This document shows positions 1 to 13,299 of a DNA stretch of 64,000 nucleotides, in pieces. Where the stretch lies: the NCBI GenBank assembly GCA_011109175.1, contig RDEW01000108.1:13214-77213 (forward strand). Direction: 5' to 3'. A model generated the notes under the pieces. The model saw only the letters and a program-made list of their open reading frames with translations. It searched no databases and had not been told where the DNA came from. This stretch comes from Dicyema japonicum (taxonomy: Eukaryota; Animalia; Dicyemida). The position numbers were made by a program, and so were the translations under genes. The number at the start of each line of letters is the position of its first letter. The stretch's first letter is position 1.

Positions 1-165
1 GCAGGACACACACTTTATTTAAGTAAAGAACAGTTAATTTTAACTAATCGTAGAACCAAGGAATGATCTTCACTTCTTTTTTTCTTTTTCTTGTGTGAGT
101 GTCCTTTCTAGACAAATCCAGTTCCGCAGTGAGTATTCACTGATGACGGCGTCACTCGTCAAACC
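1..165 (-). mobile_element. SINE family A (tRNA-headed), 5'-truncated copy running off the window edge
   Basis: Near-identical to 34500-34665 (GACGAGTGACG..CAGTG..CACTGCGGAACTGGA, TTCCTTGGTTCT..CGATTAG, AACTGTTCTTTACTTAAATAAAGTGTGTGT). Confidence 0.8.
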
Positions 166-179
166 ATTTCTGTAAATTT

Positions 180-760
180 CTATGTGTTGGTTAATATCTG
201 CTGACTGCGTTTTTTTCAGCAAATAAAAACAGTTCTATGAGACAGTATGAGATCCGGAATATCTCCGAGTAGCGGTATTTTTCTTGATAGAAGATACCTC
301 GACTACATTAACATTAAGACATATGATTACTACGATGAGTCTTCGAAAGTCGTTCGCCATCCTTCCGGGCTCTTCTGCCTCAATAGTGATGACAAAACTC
401 TGTGCTGTATTTAACCATGAATTATCTAAGGACTATTCTGTCGAATATTGGAACTCCAACGGAGCTCCTCTGTCCAAAATTATCTGCCTCCATGAATCCA
501 CAAATAGGGGACTCGGTGGTCGACACGACTCCCCCAGGAAGCATTCTACACCTTCACGGTAGATTGGCAGAGTTTATTTAGTACTGCAACAAGGACTACC
601 GGAATGTATGTAACGACACACAAAAAGCCACACATGGAGTTAAGGACTATTATTGGTTGGGTATGAAAAACCCCAGATCATTCTGGAGAAGGTATAAGGT
701 TAACTAAAATAAAGCAAATTACGTGGAAAGTAAAGGACTAGCTTAGATGTTCGTCTATAC
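180..760 (+). pseudogene. GH18 chitinase/chitinase-like gene fragment, frameshifted, cut by hAT/LINE insertion
   Basis: Pieces YLLTAFFSANK..YEIRNISE/RYLDYINIKTYDY..PSGLF, DYSVEYWNSNGAPLSKII, DTQKATHGVKDYYWLG..RSF/ANYVESKGLA follow animal chitinase motif order (YLDYIHVMTYD, YWxxxGAPxxKL, WVGYD, KAQW); 22-23-nt GT-AG introns. Confidence 0.75.
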
Positions 761-1571
761 CAGGGTTTCCCAAAGTAGGCGATAAGAAATTCAAAGGGGG
801 CGTTTATGAGTAAATCGTTTATCGGGGGCGTTTTTAATTTCAAGGGCGATAATAAATTTTTCGTAAAATCTATATCATACATTTAATAGAATTTCAGTAT
901 GGTGAACTTGTAGTTTTAAATTGACACTAGCGTGAATTGCGGTGTATTTTTATTATTCAACAAATTACTTTTTGCTCGAAAGCTTGAATCTGATGCAAAG
1001 GGGAAATCAATGTTCGACAAAGTCCATAAATTTCTCTGTCTTACAGATATACCATTAACAAATATAGTTGCATGTGCAACTTATGGGGCACCTTCAATGA
1101 TTGGTCGCTATCGCGGTTTTATGGCATACTTAAAACAACACGTACCAAATGTAATGACTATTCATTTCGTGATCCATCGACAGCATCTGGTAGCTAAAAA
1201 TACAAATGGTCGTCTACATACTTTCTCAATACAGTTATTTCTGCTATTAACAAAATTAAATCCAACTCATTAAATTCACGTCTTTGTTGAGAGGCTATGT
1301 AGTATTTAATTTGTCGGTGATTTTTGGTTTTTAATAATAATATTGAAAATGATGAAGATTCTATACAACTATTAATACATACTGAAGTACAGTGGTTATC
1401 AAAGGGCGACTGTTTGGCGCGGATTTTTCTCTCTTTTAAGCACTGTCGTAGAATTTCTCAAATTGGCACGGAACTAGAATCCGCTAAACATGATGTGGCT
1501 TATTTAGCGGATATTTTTGCCAAGTTTAATGAACTTAATGTGAAATTACAATTTGCTGATATTAATTTAAT

Positions 1572-1935
1572 CTAGGTATTATGCTACTAAGAATCCCTTG
1601 GACTGCCAAAATAAACAAACACCGATGTACTCAAACGGGTAGAGACGGACATTTCGCTAGAAGGAAAAATCTTAAAACACAGATTAGCGTTTTTTTGGAA
1701 TGTTGTCCGCTCTGACTCTTTAAAGAAAACTATTATGCTGAGCAAGATTACTGGAAAGAGAAGACCTGGTCGATCGAGGATTCGGCGGCTATCCACGATG
1801 GAAGACACGGAAATGCCTATATCAAGGCTACTCGAAATTGCAACGGATCGTGGAAAGTGGAAGAATCTCGTTCATGAAATTTCCAAGGGTCGGACACGAC
1901 TTAATTGGATAACATAACATAATTATTTTTTTTAA
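1572..1935 (+). mobile_element. RTE (BovB-like) LINE 3' fragment nested in the hAT
   Basis: LLRIPWTAK..RLAFF..GKRRPGR..ATDRGKWKNLV, (TAACA)n tail, flanked by ATTAATTTAA duplication; sister copy at 5301-5670. Confidence 0.85.
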
Positions 1936-2352
1936 ATTAATTTAAGCAAAGTCACTTATTTCTGCTTTTATTTCGAAACTACTTTTATTTTGTAGGAATA
2001 TTGGCAGGAAAAAAATTAATCCCAATTTCCAGGTCTCAACGGTCTTAAAGACTTCCTTTCTGAAGATGATTTTGAAATTTATATTGAACATTTGATCACT
2101 CTTGAACGAGATATGAAGTGACGTTTCAAAGATTTATGTGAACTCAAAGTTCCAGATTGGGTGATAGACCCCTTTCAGAATGTAGATGAAGTTGAATCTT
2201 GTAGTCAAGAGGAAACTAATTATGTTAAAAAAATGATTTTGAAATTAAACAGACTTTTTAAACACCAGTCGTTTTTATTGCTTTCCCCACTTCTTATTTG
2301 GTTGAGAGAGGCTTCAGTATTGTATCACATCTAATTACCAAAGAAGAAACCG

Positions 2353-2414
2353 NNNNNNNNNNNNNNNNNNNNNNNNNNNNNNNNNNNNNNNNNNNNNNNN
2401 NNNNNNNNNNNNNN
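2353..2414. other. Assembly gap (62 N), probably zero or negative true length
   Basis: CCG repeated on both sides; hAT C-terminal RNRLDIVERGD reads contiguously across it. Confidence 0.8.
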
Positions 2415-2624
2415 CCGCTTGACATTGTTGAAAGAGGAGATCTACGGATTAGGCTTATAAACATGAACCCAAATATTGAGAAACTTGTGTCTAACTTTTT
2501 GCAACATCATTGTTCACATAATATTTCCCAACTCGTTACCATATAGGTTTTCCTGGTGAGCGATATTTTTTAAAAGTTTGTTAAAGCGGGCGATGACCTG
2601 TATAAGTTTGGGAACCCCAGGTCT

Positions 2625-3105
2625 ATACACACCTGTGTTTGTCACCACACGTGGCAGACATTGTTCTGAAGTGCGAGAAGAGGATCAATAAATTAAAATG
2701 TTTATCTAGAATATGAAAGACAGGTACCCACCCAGTTTTGATAAACATTCACAAACAATACATCGAACCATGCTTCTCGTACGCGTGTGCTTCGTGGGAC
2801 CTTCATTATCATGGACGAACACTAGAAAATTGAGGACGTTCAAAAGAAGGTTTTCATAATGACAGAGCGGTGGTCTTATGGGAGACACAGAACCGGACCG
2901 ACTACTCTAGAGGCGTTCATTAAACAAAACTCCGGCATGCGGGAAGGTGACCCTGCAAATACAGTCAGCCGCCCAGTACGAGATTGTGTGGGTACGAGGG
3001 AGGAGCACCGGGAAAGAATGAGGATTTTGGCCGAACGCATCGGGATCACGTGATAGTTAGTTTGGTTTTACTGTGGTCTTGGGTGTTAAATAAAATAAAA
3101 TAAAA
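2625..3105 (+). mobile_element. GIT-type LINE 3' end
   Basis: About 90% identical by eye to reverse complement of 50520-51000; ORF ends ILAERIGIT*, then short 3'UTR and A-rich tail. Confidence 0.85.
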
Positions 3106-3950
3106 GGGAAATCAAACATTCTTCGAACAGTAGCTGATTACTCGAACGACCAACAAAAAGAGTGTTTAACGCTCCTGTACAAACAATTCATCAAGAGGAA
3201 CTCTCAAAATTGCTGAATGATATGATAGCGAACAAGTATTGGAAAAGGGGTACTAATACCAGTACGGAATGGAAATAACCAACGGACTGGTTGAAAACCT
3301 GCGTCCTGTCATCCTTCTAAATACTCTGTGGTAAATACGTGTCCTGATCGTATTTAATCAGATCCAAGATCCAGTGGAGGGGTACTTGGTCCAAAGGTAA
3401 AGTGGTTTCAGGACTTGGAGATCAACAGCATTATGGTGGCACAAGTGGTATTGCGCTATTCAGCAAAGATTCCGAAGTTGAAATCCTATTCTTGGAATTG
3501 ATCTCATTAGAGCTTTCGACACTGTCCGTCGAGGAAAACTCATTGAAGTGCTAGAAAGCTTCCTGATCAGGACTTGGTCACCCTAATACAGATGCTCCTA
3601 TCAAACAGTCCTATGAGTGTGCATTGGAAAATGTATGTCTCGAGAAACCGTGACAACAGTGAGTACATCTCAAGTAGACTCCCTCTATCTGGTACTGTTC
3701 GCTGTATACCTTGAATCTACTCTACAAGATCTCCGGGAGTATTACAGCCACGATATTATAAAATTTGTTTACTTCGATGACGTTGACTTTGTCTCAAGTA
3801 ACAAAGAAACACTTCTTCGTCTCCTAGAGCTAGCACCACACCTCCTGGCCACATATCTCTATTAGTGAACGCTTCGAAAACGGATATCGTAACGATCAAG
3901 AGGATGGAACCACGCAGTAATGAAAATGGAGGAAGACAATAAAGCTTCTC
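3106..3950 (+). mobile_element. RTE-clade RT relic (same family as 43110-44770)
   Basis: ENLRPVILLNTL, IDLIRAFDTV, LFAVYLESTLQDLR, YFDDVDF. Confidence 0.8.
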
Positions 3951-4559
3951 TCATGAAATTTCTAAAATTTAATATTTTAAGACAAATTATAGTTTACCTA
4001 AGAAACATTGTATTCTCGATCACTGTCAAGCCAAATTCTTATTTGACGCTTATTTGATAACACAAAAATTTTAAATTTCGAATTATAGAGATTTCCAGTC
4101 TACTAAAAAATGATTTATATCGAGTGTGATATATAATTAATAAATCATGTGTATGAAATTTGGCTTTAATAAGATAATTTTACAAATATTAATTGACAAA
4201 TTTTATTTACAGGAAAAAAAACTTCTTCGTCAGAGATGTGGAAACTAAGGTAACAATGGCGCAGAAAAGAATGACAATTCTAGACATCCACCATCTTTTT
4301 TCAGTTTATACGCCAATCTGCCAATACTGATCTAAAAAACAGAGGGAAGAATTTTCAAAAAATCTTTGCTGATGGATAAATTTGGCGATTTTATTGTGTC
4401 ATGTTTTGCAAAAAAGATATTGAAGTTTTCTTTGCAATTATGAATCAACTTTAAGCACTCTGAAGTCAAAAAATTTTGGAAATGAATCTGACTCCATGTC
4501 TGATTGAATATTATTTTTTGGCAGAATTGAAAAAATGAAAAATTAATTAAACAACAGGT

Positions 4560-7500
4560 TACGGAATAGTCCGCCAGTTGGCCTGGACTGTTCATTCCGG
4601 TACCCCATTTCCTTGTTAACCATCCATTTGCTGGTCTAGGAAGTTACACATCCTGATATGAATATCTTCCCTGACTGGCCTGACAAGTTTGTTTTCTTCC
4701 TCAGTCAGGCCATCGTACAGTTTCTTCCCAAGGGATAGTTTAATCCTCGCTCGCCTTGTTTTTTCTAGTTGAGCGAGGATCCTCTCGAGGGGCTGTAGAA
4801 CCATTTCGCTTTCGTAAATAAGTCTTGGAAGAATCACATTCCGAAAGATAAAGAGTGTGGTACCACCATCCAACCTTTGGCTTCTAGTGCAGAACAGTGC
4901 TTGCACAGCCTCTTCCTTCGCTCTTAGATGTCCTTCAGGTATGATCCTTTCCCATATACTGCAATCCCCAGGTATTTCAGAGATGAAACTATCGGTATAC
5001 GATCCGTGTAGGGCTTTTCGTGATGTCTACCCAGCCTGCTTGTCCGTAAGTAACTGGATTTTTCCGTGGAGAGTCTCAGAGCTCTCCGATCACACCATTC
5101 TTAGACTTTGTCGACAAAAGCTCCTACTCTCCGCTCTGAGAGGTACGCCCTCAAGGACGAATCCAGGATTAAGATGTCATCCGCGTATATCATCAGTTTG
5201 GTCCTGACGTCTAGCGGCGACGGAAAATCTTCCATAAATATGTTGAATAACAGGGGGCTTAAATAGATCCCTGCGGCACTCTCCTTTTAAACGATATACC
5301 ATTAATGCTTTTGAACTGTGGTACTGGAGGAAGTTACTAAGAATCCCTTGGACCTCCAAAGTAACAACCATCAATGTACTCAAACGGGTAGAGACTGACA
5401 TTTCGCTAGAGGGAATAATCGTAAAACACAGATTGGCGTTCTTTGGGCATGTTGTCCGCTCTGATTCACTGGAAAGAACCATTATGCTGAGCAATATTAC
5501 TGGGAAGAGAAGACCTGGCCGACCAAGGATTCGGTTGCTATCCACGATGGAAGACACGGGAATGCCTATATCAAGGCTACTCCAAATTGCAAGGGATCGG
5601 GGAGAGTGGAGGAAACTCGTTTATGAGATCACCAAGGGTTGGACACGACTAAATTGGACAACATAACATAACCATCAGAATATCTTCCACCGACTACCAC
5701 ATAAGATATCCTCCCAGTCAAATAGTCTTTCAACCATAGGAACATTTGTTTAGATATCTTTGATCGTACAAGTTGACGAAATAATACTTCGTGGCATACA
5801 CTGTCGAACACCTTCGAGATGTCAAGGCAAACAAGGCTCAACTGACTTTTCTTCTAAATGCATTTGCATTGTAATTTTGTAATTTCGTAATTTAGTGAGT
5901 AAATTCAATTTCCGCACGACAAAAACTCCATTGGTAAGGTCGTAGAAAGTTACTTTCTTCATATACCGATTCAATCTCTTGAATACAATCCGTTCCATAA
6001 TCTTTGAAATAGAACATATAAGGCTTATTGGTCTATAACTAAGAAGATCCTTCCTCGACATTCCAGATTTGAGGATTATCTTCACAATAGAACGCTTCCA
6101 TAGCGGAGGAACATGTCCGAGCTTAAAACTCGAGTTATACATCTTTTGTAGAACAAATAGTGGTTCATCGGACCCTTCTTTAAACATTTTCATGGGAATG
6201 CTGTCGAATCCAGGAGCCTTGCTCTTGCACTCGCGAATTTCAGTTCTGACTTTTGTCAGAGTGATTTCCTCTCCCAGACTTTCCAGCTCGCTCATAGAGT
6301 AATCCATAAAATTAGATATCTCCTCTGAAAACTTCTCAGGTATAATACTAAGAGGGTCAACTTTCTGTATATTCTCAAACTGATTCCTGAACACCGAAAG
6401 TACTTTTTCCCTCAGGATCGGCCAGCACAATACTTTTCGCCTTTAAATTTCCATTAGTAAGCTTTCTGTACATTTTCCAGAAACAAGGGTTCTTTCAGTT
6501 AACTTTTGATTCTATTCTCCCCAGCTACTTTCCAAGCTATTTTCAATAATTTTTGAATCACAGAAATTTTGCTTTTCAGAGTTGTCCTGGCTCACAATCT
6601 ACACAACGTCTGTGCTTCGCAATCAGAGTATCCCTCTCGCGAATAAGATTCCGTATTGTAGGTGGACAAGACTGTTTGTACTTCGAAAAGCTCTTGGAGT
6701 AGACCTTCTTTCCATACAATCGCAGATACACCAGCATAATATTAAATAGTTCCCAGTTAAAAACGTCCAGCTCCTCTGATGTAGAAAAAGAATTAGTTCA
6801 CATTCGTAGGGTCTTCGACAAATAGTAGTGATAATGTCTCCAGTCAATCGACAAGGTATCATAATACAAGAAAATATATTCAACAGTATTCGGTTCCAGG
6901 TTTATAGTCACCTCCTGTGGGATATGAACACTTCCTATTTCCCAGAGAATCTCAGTCTGGCCACATGATCCAAAAGTTGTAAAGACACTAGAACAAATCC
7001 CAGCATATCACCGCAAGTGTGAGAAATGGTTAGGTTCCTCAAACGTCAAAACTTCAATTTCGCTAACCAGATCTGCTAGTAGTCGCCCGTCCCCGTTGTT
7101 TTTGCAACATCCGTAGCTCGTATTCTTAGCATTCAGGTCTCCTACCAAGATCGACATTGAGTTTCTCCCGAAGAACTCAACAATTTTAGCAGAAGATCGA
7201 GCCAAGTCCTTAGAGTATAGTCCTCCCACGCTTATCCATGTCTTTCCACATTGTACATCGACGGACACGAATTCTGAAACGGCGCCCAATAAATAGAGTC
7301 GTTTCGTGTTTGCAATTCGGAAAAAGATCGAGGTCCCAATCTCAACCAATGCTCCATCTTTCAACGGGATGTCCACGAGTCATATCCTTCCATACTATAA
7401 TACCTTCCGTGTTTAATTTTCGTCTCGTTGACTACCAAGACATCAACCTTGGCATTACTCGCGAGTAGCGCTAGTTCACCATGCCTTTTCACAAAGGAGC

Positions 7501-8380
7501 GGGTATTCACCAGCACTATTTTTAAATTCTTTTTCATAGTTTTTGTTGGTGGCCTGCGCTTTCCACAGCCAAATCCACCAAATTCCGTAAATCCACTTTC
7601 AGCAGTGTACATAGGTTGTTCAGACGTGCGATTATTTCACTTAGCTCCCGATATACCGTCTCGTAAACTCCTGCCTTGCTCTGATTAAGTTTCTGTGTAG
7701 CACTCCGCTCCATGTGATATATTGGTCCACTTCATATCTTGTCTTGACTTGATCGCTTCCTTTCTAGAATCTCTCTGTATGGGAATCATTTTCTTGTATG
7801 CATCTTTCATAGCAGGACATTCTCTGTAACGGACATTATGTCCTGGTCCTCCACAATTAATACAATTTGTCTCCACGTTTGGAGAAAATTCACACACAAC
7901 AAGATTGTGCTTCCCTCCACACTTGAGGCACCTCTTCTTCTCCATGCAATGTGCGGCGATATGACCAATTCGTTCGCAATTGTAGCAAATAGGAGGGAGC
8001 CTCTTAATCCATTCACACGGGATCTTGTTCGACCCAATGTAGAAGCCACAACATATCAGCGATGTTGTCTCCGAATTACTACTAACCGAGGCCTTCGCCA
8101 TTGGCATAGGCTGCGATCCTCTTGACATTCGGGTTACCTTCGAAGTTGAGGGAGCCATCTCCTGAAGGTAATCAAAGAGGTCGTTCTCACTCACCCAAAA
8201 AGAAATGTTCCTGAAGACAATCTCAGACGGTCTTGTTAGGAGTGTTCTAAATTGGTATTTGTCAGTTCCAAACGGACAGGTTTCATTTATGGCCTTCATA
8301 TAAATGGCCATGTGGGAACTGTTCCGGAAATCCAGTCGGAAGGAGCCCGGTCATCTAAGGCTCATCTTCAAAGATCCGTA
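4560..8380 (-). mobile_element. Near full-length decayed LINE with gag-like ORF1 (CCHC knuckles) and APE-RT ORF2 (I/Jockey-like), split by RTE insertion
   Basis: ORF 7685-8311 CYNCERIGHIAAHC, CLKCGGKH, CINCGGPGH; APE VNTRS, VNETK, VGDLNA; RT KAPGFDSI, SYRPISL, CLDISKVFDSV, VPQGS; C-terminus at 4616-4906. Confidence 0.9.
5301..5670 (+). mobile_element. RTE (BovB-like) LINE 3' fragment
   Basis: AFELWYWRKLLRIPWT..AFFGHVVR..GRTRLN-type end with (AACAT)n tail; interrupts host LINE RT just before VPQG. Confidence 0.88.
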
Positions 8381-8469
8381 TTAGTCATAATATTGTAGAA
8401 TATTCGTAATTTTTATCGTACTCATAGTAGAATGAACTGTGATCAATAGAGTCCTGTTGTCTATAGAAT

Positions 8470-8665
8470 CAGCTTGAGAAAGAAAAAAAAAAGACTATAT
8501 ATGACATACACCCGAGAAAAAGAAAAAAAGAAGTGAAAAGATTTCCTTGATTCTTCCTCGTCGATTAATAATTAATAACAGTTCTTTGCTTAAAATAAAG
8601 TGTGTGTTTCGCCTGAGAGGAACGATATCTGATATGGCTCCTCGAAATGCCCATTGTTTTTTTTA
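8470..8665 (+). mobile_element. SINE family A body/tail, diverged
   Basis: CACAC..A-rich..TTCCTTGATTC..CGATTA..CAGTTCTTTGCTTAAAATAAAGTGTGTGT. Confidence 0.7.
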
Positions 8666-9325
8666 ATGTTTTACCTCAATGAGGTGACATTTAAAAAAGA
8701 ATTCCTCCTTCCTTATCTTGTCAACAGGATGGATAGAAAGGTCCTACAACATGTAAATTACACGCTAAAATTTAAATTCAATTAAAGACAATTTATTAGG
8801 TAACAAAACAATAATATTTGGTGAAATGAATTTCATATAAAACTTAGTTTCGGTTTTGTTAGAGGGGATTTTGATGATGCCAATAACACAATGGTGTATA
8901 TAGTTAAAGAGGTGTCGACTTTTCATATGTTAACGATTATAAAAGAATTCTTTCTCAAGATAAATAAAAAGTAATATAATTTATGTGCGGAAAACAAATG
9001 TTATAATTACGATATAAATCATAATATTTTTAAAACTGGAAAGATTTATTAAAAAAAATTTTAAATAGTTATAAAAAATTATCCGTCAAACATAGAGCTC
9101 ACTTCAATTGATACACAAGGCGTTCGACTCGGCTATACAGGGTTATCATCAAATATGAGATCTAATGTTGCCTCTCACTATAGCAAAGGAACGAAGAAGC
9201 AATTCAAAAGTGTTTGTGAAAATCAAATATCCTTAAAGCATTAGATGGTGAATAGATCCGGTGATAAAAATTGTAATCCATTCATTTCAGTGTTTTCTTA
9301 GTTGTAATATGTAAATTCATTTCAT

Positions 9326-9423
9326 TTCAGTCAGACAATAGGACTGTTTAATTTGTAACGGTTATGTAAATTCCCTTCAGTCAGACAATAGGACTGTTTA
9401 ATTTGTAACGGTTATGTAAATTC
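9326..9423. repeat. Tandem duplication, 50-nt period
   Basis: TTCAGTCAGACAATAGGACTGTTTAATTTGTAACGGTTATGTAAATTC twice. Confidence 0.9.
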
Positions 9424-10599
9424 ATTTCATTACACAATGAAATCGACTAAATTTGTCAACAAGGATTCCAAAAAATTTTGTCTAGAAATTAACATTGAAC
9501 AAATTCACAAAAGACCAAATAATACTCGTACACGTGGAATTACTGAGTTTTTCATATGGTTGTAAAATAATTTGATATTTGTCAGATTCTTGTCGTCTTG
9601 CTCTAACTTTACTTTTACTCAAATTTTATTTGTCTTGATTTTGGACAAACTCTACGATTTGAAAGAGTCAAACACACAATTCAAATGTTGCCGATGGAAA
9701 AATGTCAAAAAAGGATATCGAAGGATAACACAACTATTTCATGATAACTTTTCTGAAAAAAAGTAAATTTCAAAGTAGCAATAGAAAAAATTATGCATTA
9801 AGTATCGAACAAACAAATAGTGGAGAATTATCCATATTTATGGGTTAGCAAAATATATATATATTAGAAATTTTGATAACTGACTTCAACACTACTTGAT
9901 TATCCAATAATCCAATAATATATAGAAGAAAATATATTACAATATAACAGCTAAAATAAAATATAGAACAAATAAAGCGACCACAACAACGAGTAAAACT
10001 ACACACGAATAATGAATAATGTATCATTAGGTTCGCCACATTGTAAAACAATTTTTAAAAATAAATAAATTAATAAATTAATCTATCTATAATTGAAGTA
10101 TACTATAGTAACGGAGCGTATAAACATCGTTAAAAGTTGAGGTTCTGTTTCCCAAAGGAAATACCAGAAAAGTTAATGTAGATTATGAGATAGGCTGAGA
10201 TGTCCTGGTAGTCTTCACGAAGAATTTTTTAATAACATTATGATTTTTGGCTTAATAATAAAAAATAGAGGAGACCACTCGGTATTTAAGTAAAGTTCGT
10301 CACTTATGCCTCTAGGTGTATTCCAAGAGAACAATATTTTTGCGTATAATCGCAGATTTGTTTTACCACCGATTGCATGAAACTAGTTGGTACCCAGCGA
10401 GATGTTGAGATGTTTTCCACTTTGGTAAGCATGTAAAAAAGGCGATAAATTCTGTTCTAGGATCGACCAGACCTCTGATGACGGAATCTTATCGAGTTTT
10501 CGACATTCGAAATAAGTATGGTGACACAGTTGCTTACCTTTTTTAACTTGTAAACGTACGTGGTTGAGTTACTATTACTTTAATAGTTGAATTACAGTT

Positions 10600-11120
10600 T
10601 CTCATTTGTAGTTTGCAATTTCTTTCTCAAGAAATGTCTGTCACTACACGACTCTATTTGCAGTCGTATTCAAAAGGCGATTGATAACCATGGATTAAAT
10701 CCAGCTTGGATTTGCTGTGGAATAATCTTTTTGATTCCAAAGATTGGCAGTCCGAAGTCTCTGACAGATTATCGTCCGATAACTTGTATGTTCACCATAT
10801 ACAAATTGATGACAGATTAGTGTCGAATGAGTTCAGAATTTTTGTCGAGGTTAACTTTATTCTATCCAGCATTCAATCTGGAACTACATGGAACTACCAG
10901 GGTGCTAAGGACAAAGATTTGATTTAAAACAGTCTTTGTATCCTCATTGGACTCATTTATGTGAATGTGCAAAAGCATTTGATTCTGTTGATCATATCTA
11001 CTTTATCGAGTATGGCCTTTGTTAGCCTTTGTGGTTCACTCAGTTTGTTGAGTCGGTCATAAACACGTGGAGTATTCTTATTCATTATAACAAAGAATTG
11101 TGTCCAATCCTAAATGTGGC
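10600..11120 (+). mobile_element. R4/NeSL-like RT relic
   Basis: PAWICCGIIFLIPK..DYRPITCMFTIYKLMT, QGAKD, VQKAFDSVDH. Confidence 0.7.
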
Positions 11121-11419
11121 CATCATTTACGAAGAGGTTTGTTTTATTACGAGTCACTTTATGTTCATTGATGGAATTTAAAAGATTAACTTAAAAGCAC
11201 TTAAGTCCTTTTCAAGGCAATTGATAACCCTTATGTTGGTGTTAAATCTTCAACAATATTGTTAAACTATGGTAATAATGCACAAAAAAGTAGGACATTT
11301 AATACATGAATTTATTTTAGAGTAGATCTAAGATGTATAAAATCAACGAGAAGGGTTATGGCTAAGACAAAAGATGTGTAAGTCAATATGATGCATATAT
11401 GTTGATTTCTAAATGAGGG

Positions 11420-12005
11420 AGTATTTTCAGTTTAGGGTGAAAATCTTTTGCCACACTCATACCGATTCGGGGATCAGATTGACTGTTTTGGCCTGCACCC
11501 ACTATTCTGCAGGAATACTGTGGGCAGATCTCCTAGACGAATAGACTTGAACGAAGTCGTTAAACGAGCTTTGGACGTTGCCGTGCATTCTTCTATGCCC
11601 GAAACTGTCGGCCTCTGCAGACGTGAAGGGGAACGATCAGATTGGACGACAACTTTTTATCTGGGAAGTCACCTGCACCGCCACATTCGTCCCTTGCAAC
11701 CTACATCAAAGTGCCTCTTGAGTTTGATATGCCGTTAAGGAAGCCGAGAAATCAAAACGAGCAAAATACACGATCCTACCTTAGGATGTTTTGTTTTTGC
11801 TCATCTCGCAGTTGAAACATCCGGTTCTCTTGCAATTTCGACGCTGATATTCCTGGGTCGCCTAAGGAACCGGATATCTACACGCAAAGGAGATCTCAGT
11901 GATTGCTGCTGGCCATTTGAGCAAATCTCGCTCGCTACCCTGAAAGGGAGTTGCCACGCAATTGGAACGGCTACTGTATGACCCTCGGTTGATGTTTTTT
12001 TAATA
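11420..12005 (+). mobile_element. CRE-type non-LTR element 3' end (zinc motif plus restriction-like endonuclease)
   Basis: HPLFCR..GRSPRRIDLNEVVKRAL..GLCRREGERSD, AEKSKRAKY, LAVETSG. Confidence 0.75.
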
Positions 12006-12099
12006 AATTAAATTTCTCGTTTAGAGTCAACATGAAGAATCATATTCTAATATTAACAAAAATACTATCAAACCTGTCTCAATTTTCTCATAAAAAATA

Positions 12100-13050
12100 T
12101 ATGTTTCAACCTGATAAATCCTTACATTTCACCTAACCATGGGATCCTCATATTCTTTGATAACTTGGGTTTTTTGGTAACCATTTCTTTTTGGGCGACC
12201 TAAATGCAATAAATCCATTGTGGCTCAAGATCTCGAATAAATCTGGAATATTCATTGAAGATAATCTGGACAAATAATTCATTCTAATCACCCAAAAAAG
12301 TCACACCAAAAGCCCGAACAAGAAATGCACACTTCTACCTCTACAGACATCACTCTGCTAATATAATGATGCAACATGGAAGTCTATATGTCCTTCATTC
12401 AGAGAATAGTCCGATTCTGATCGAGTAAAGACTTCTTCGGCTAATTGGACTATCTACCCTAGAATATTAAATGAGCTAAATTCGAAAAATCAACAAGTAA
12501 ATGAAAGGAGTTCATTTCATCCATAGAACACAAAACTGAAAATAAAATTTATGGATGACTAGCATATCTCTACATAGACCTGCATTAACGGGGCACTTAA
12601 AAAGGTAGAAAAACAATCAATCAAATAACCTCATTATGCAAAAATCATTTACCTTGTATATAAAAAAACAAAAAGCAAAATCAATTCTCTAAATAATCAA
12701 AATCGAATAATGTGTCTAAATTCTTCTGAAAACGTTATTTTGTTAACTAAAAATTATTTTCCTCGAAGGAAAATAACATCTAGATCTACCGTCTAAATCT
12801 TTGAAATATTTATACTTTGACTAATATCTTCAGTTAACACCAAACAAAATCACGTCACAAATGCATGAAAGAGGCTAGAATTATTCCCGTATGAAAACAA
12901 ACAAACCCGGAAACAGACCAACCAGGTATATACAAATATCTCTTCCCCCTATTATTTATAAAATAATAAAAAATCATCAACGGGTTCCTTGTTCTTTCCT
13001 TTCAGTTATACAGTAGGCTTTCGGAAATTCCGTTCCACATTGAGTTTCTG
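12100..13050 (+). mobile_element. Heavily degraded APE-RT LINE
   Basis: FFLGDLNAINPLW (APE), TDITL, later IIP..K..KPET (RT domain 0/1). Confidence 0.5.
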
Positions 13051-13299
13051 TATATTCAAATGAGATAATTGGAAAATAAAGTTTTTTGTTAAGAAAGCAT
13101 TATATGACAATAAATAGCTTTCTTTGTTCTGTTAGCTCGATTATTTTTCCTAATTTGATAAGCAATATATTTATGTTAGCTATGAATGAAATAAAATCTA
13201 AAACTTTATATCAACTGTCACCAAAACGTATTGTGAGAAAGTATGAGAATAAAGTCATCTTTAAAGCAGCAAACAAAAAATCGATTCAAGGGAATCCAA

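Larger units (their letters stand above)
761..2620 (+). mobile_element. hAT DNA transposon, Buster/Charlie type, internally deleted
   Basis: TIRs CAGGGTTTCCCAAA (761) / TTTGGGAACCCCAG (ends 2620); 8-bp TSD GTCTATAC at 753-760 and 2621-2628 (nnnTAnnn); transposase remnants CATYGAPSMIG, IHFVIHRQHL, HTEVQWLSKG, VERGFS..RNRLD. Confidence 0.92.

Noticed and set aside
138-166. Hammerhead-like CTGATGA (also at about 23872 and 31839)
   Set aside because: No GAAA after stem II, no stem I/III with an NUH site, and not conserved in the sister copy at 34640
4857-5557. Antisense ORFs over LINEs (also 7428-8125, 41381-41742, 51025-51420)
   Set aside because: Shadows of RT or gag coding sequence on the opposite strand
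9301-9430. CRISPR-like array
   Set aside because: Only two adjacent copies with no spacers; eukaryotic context
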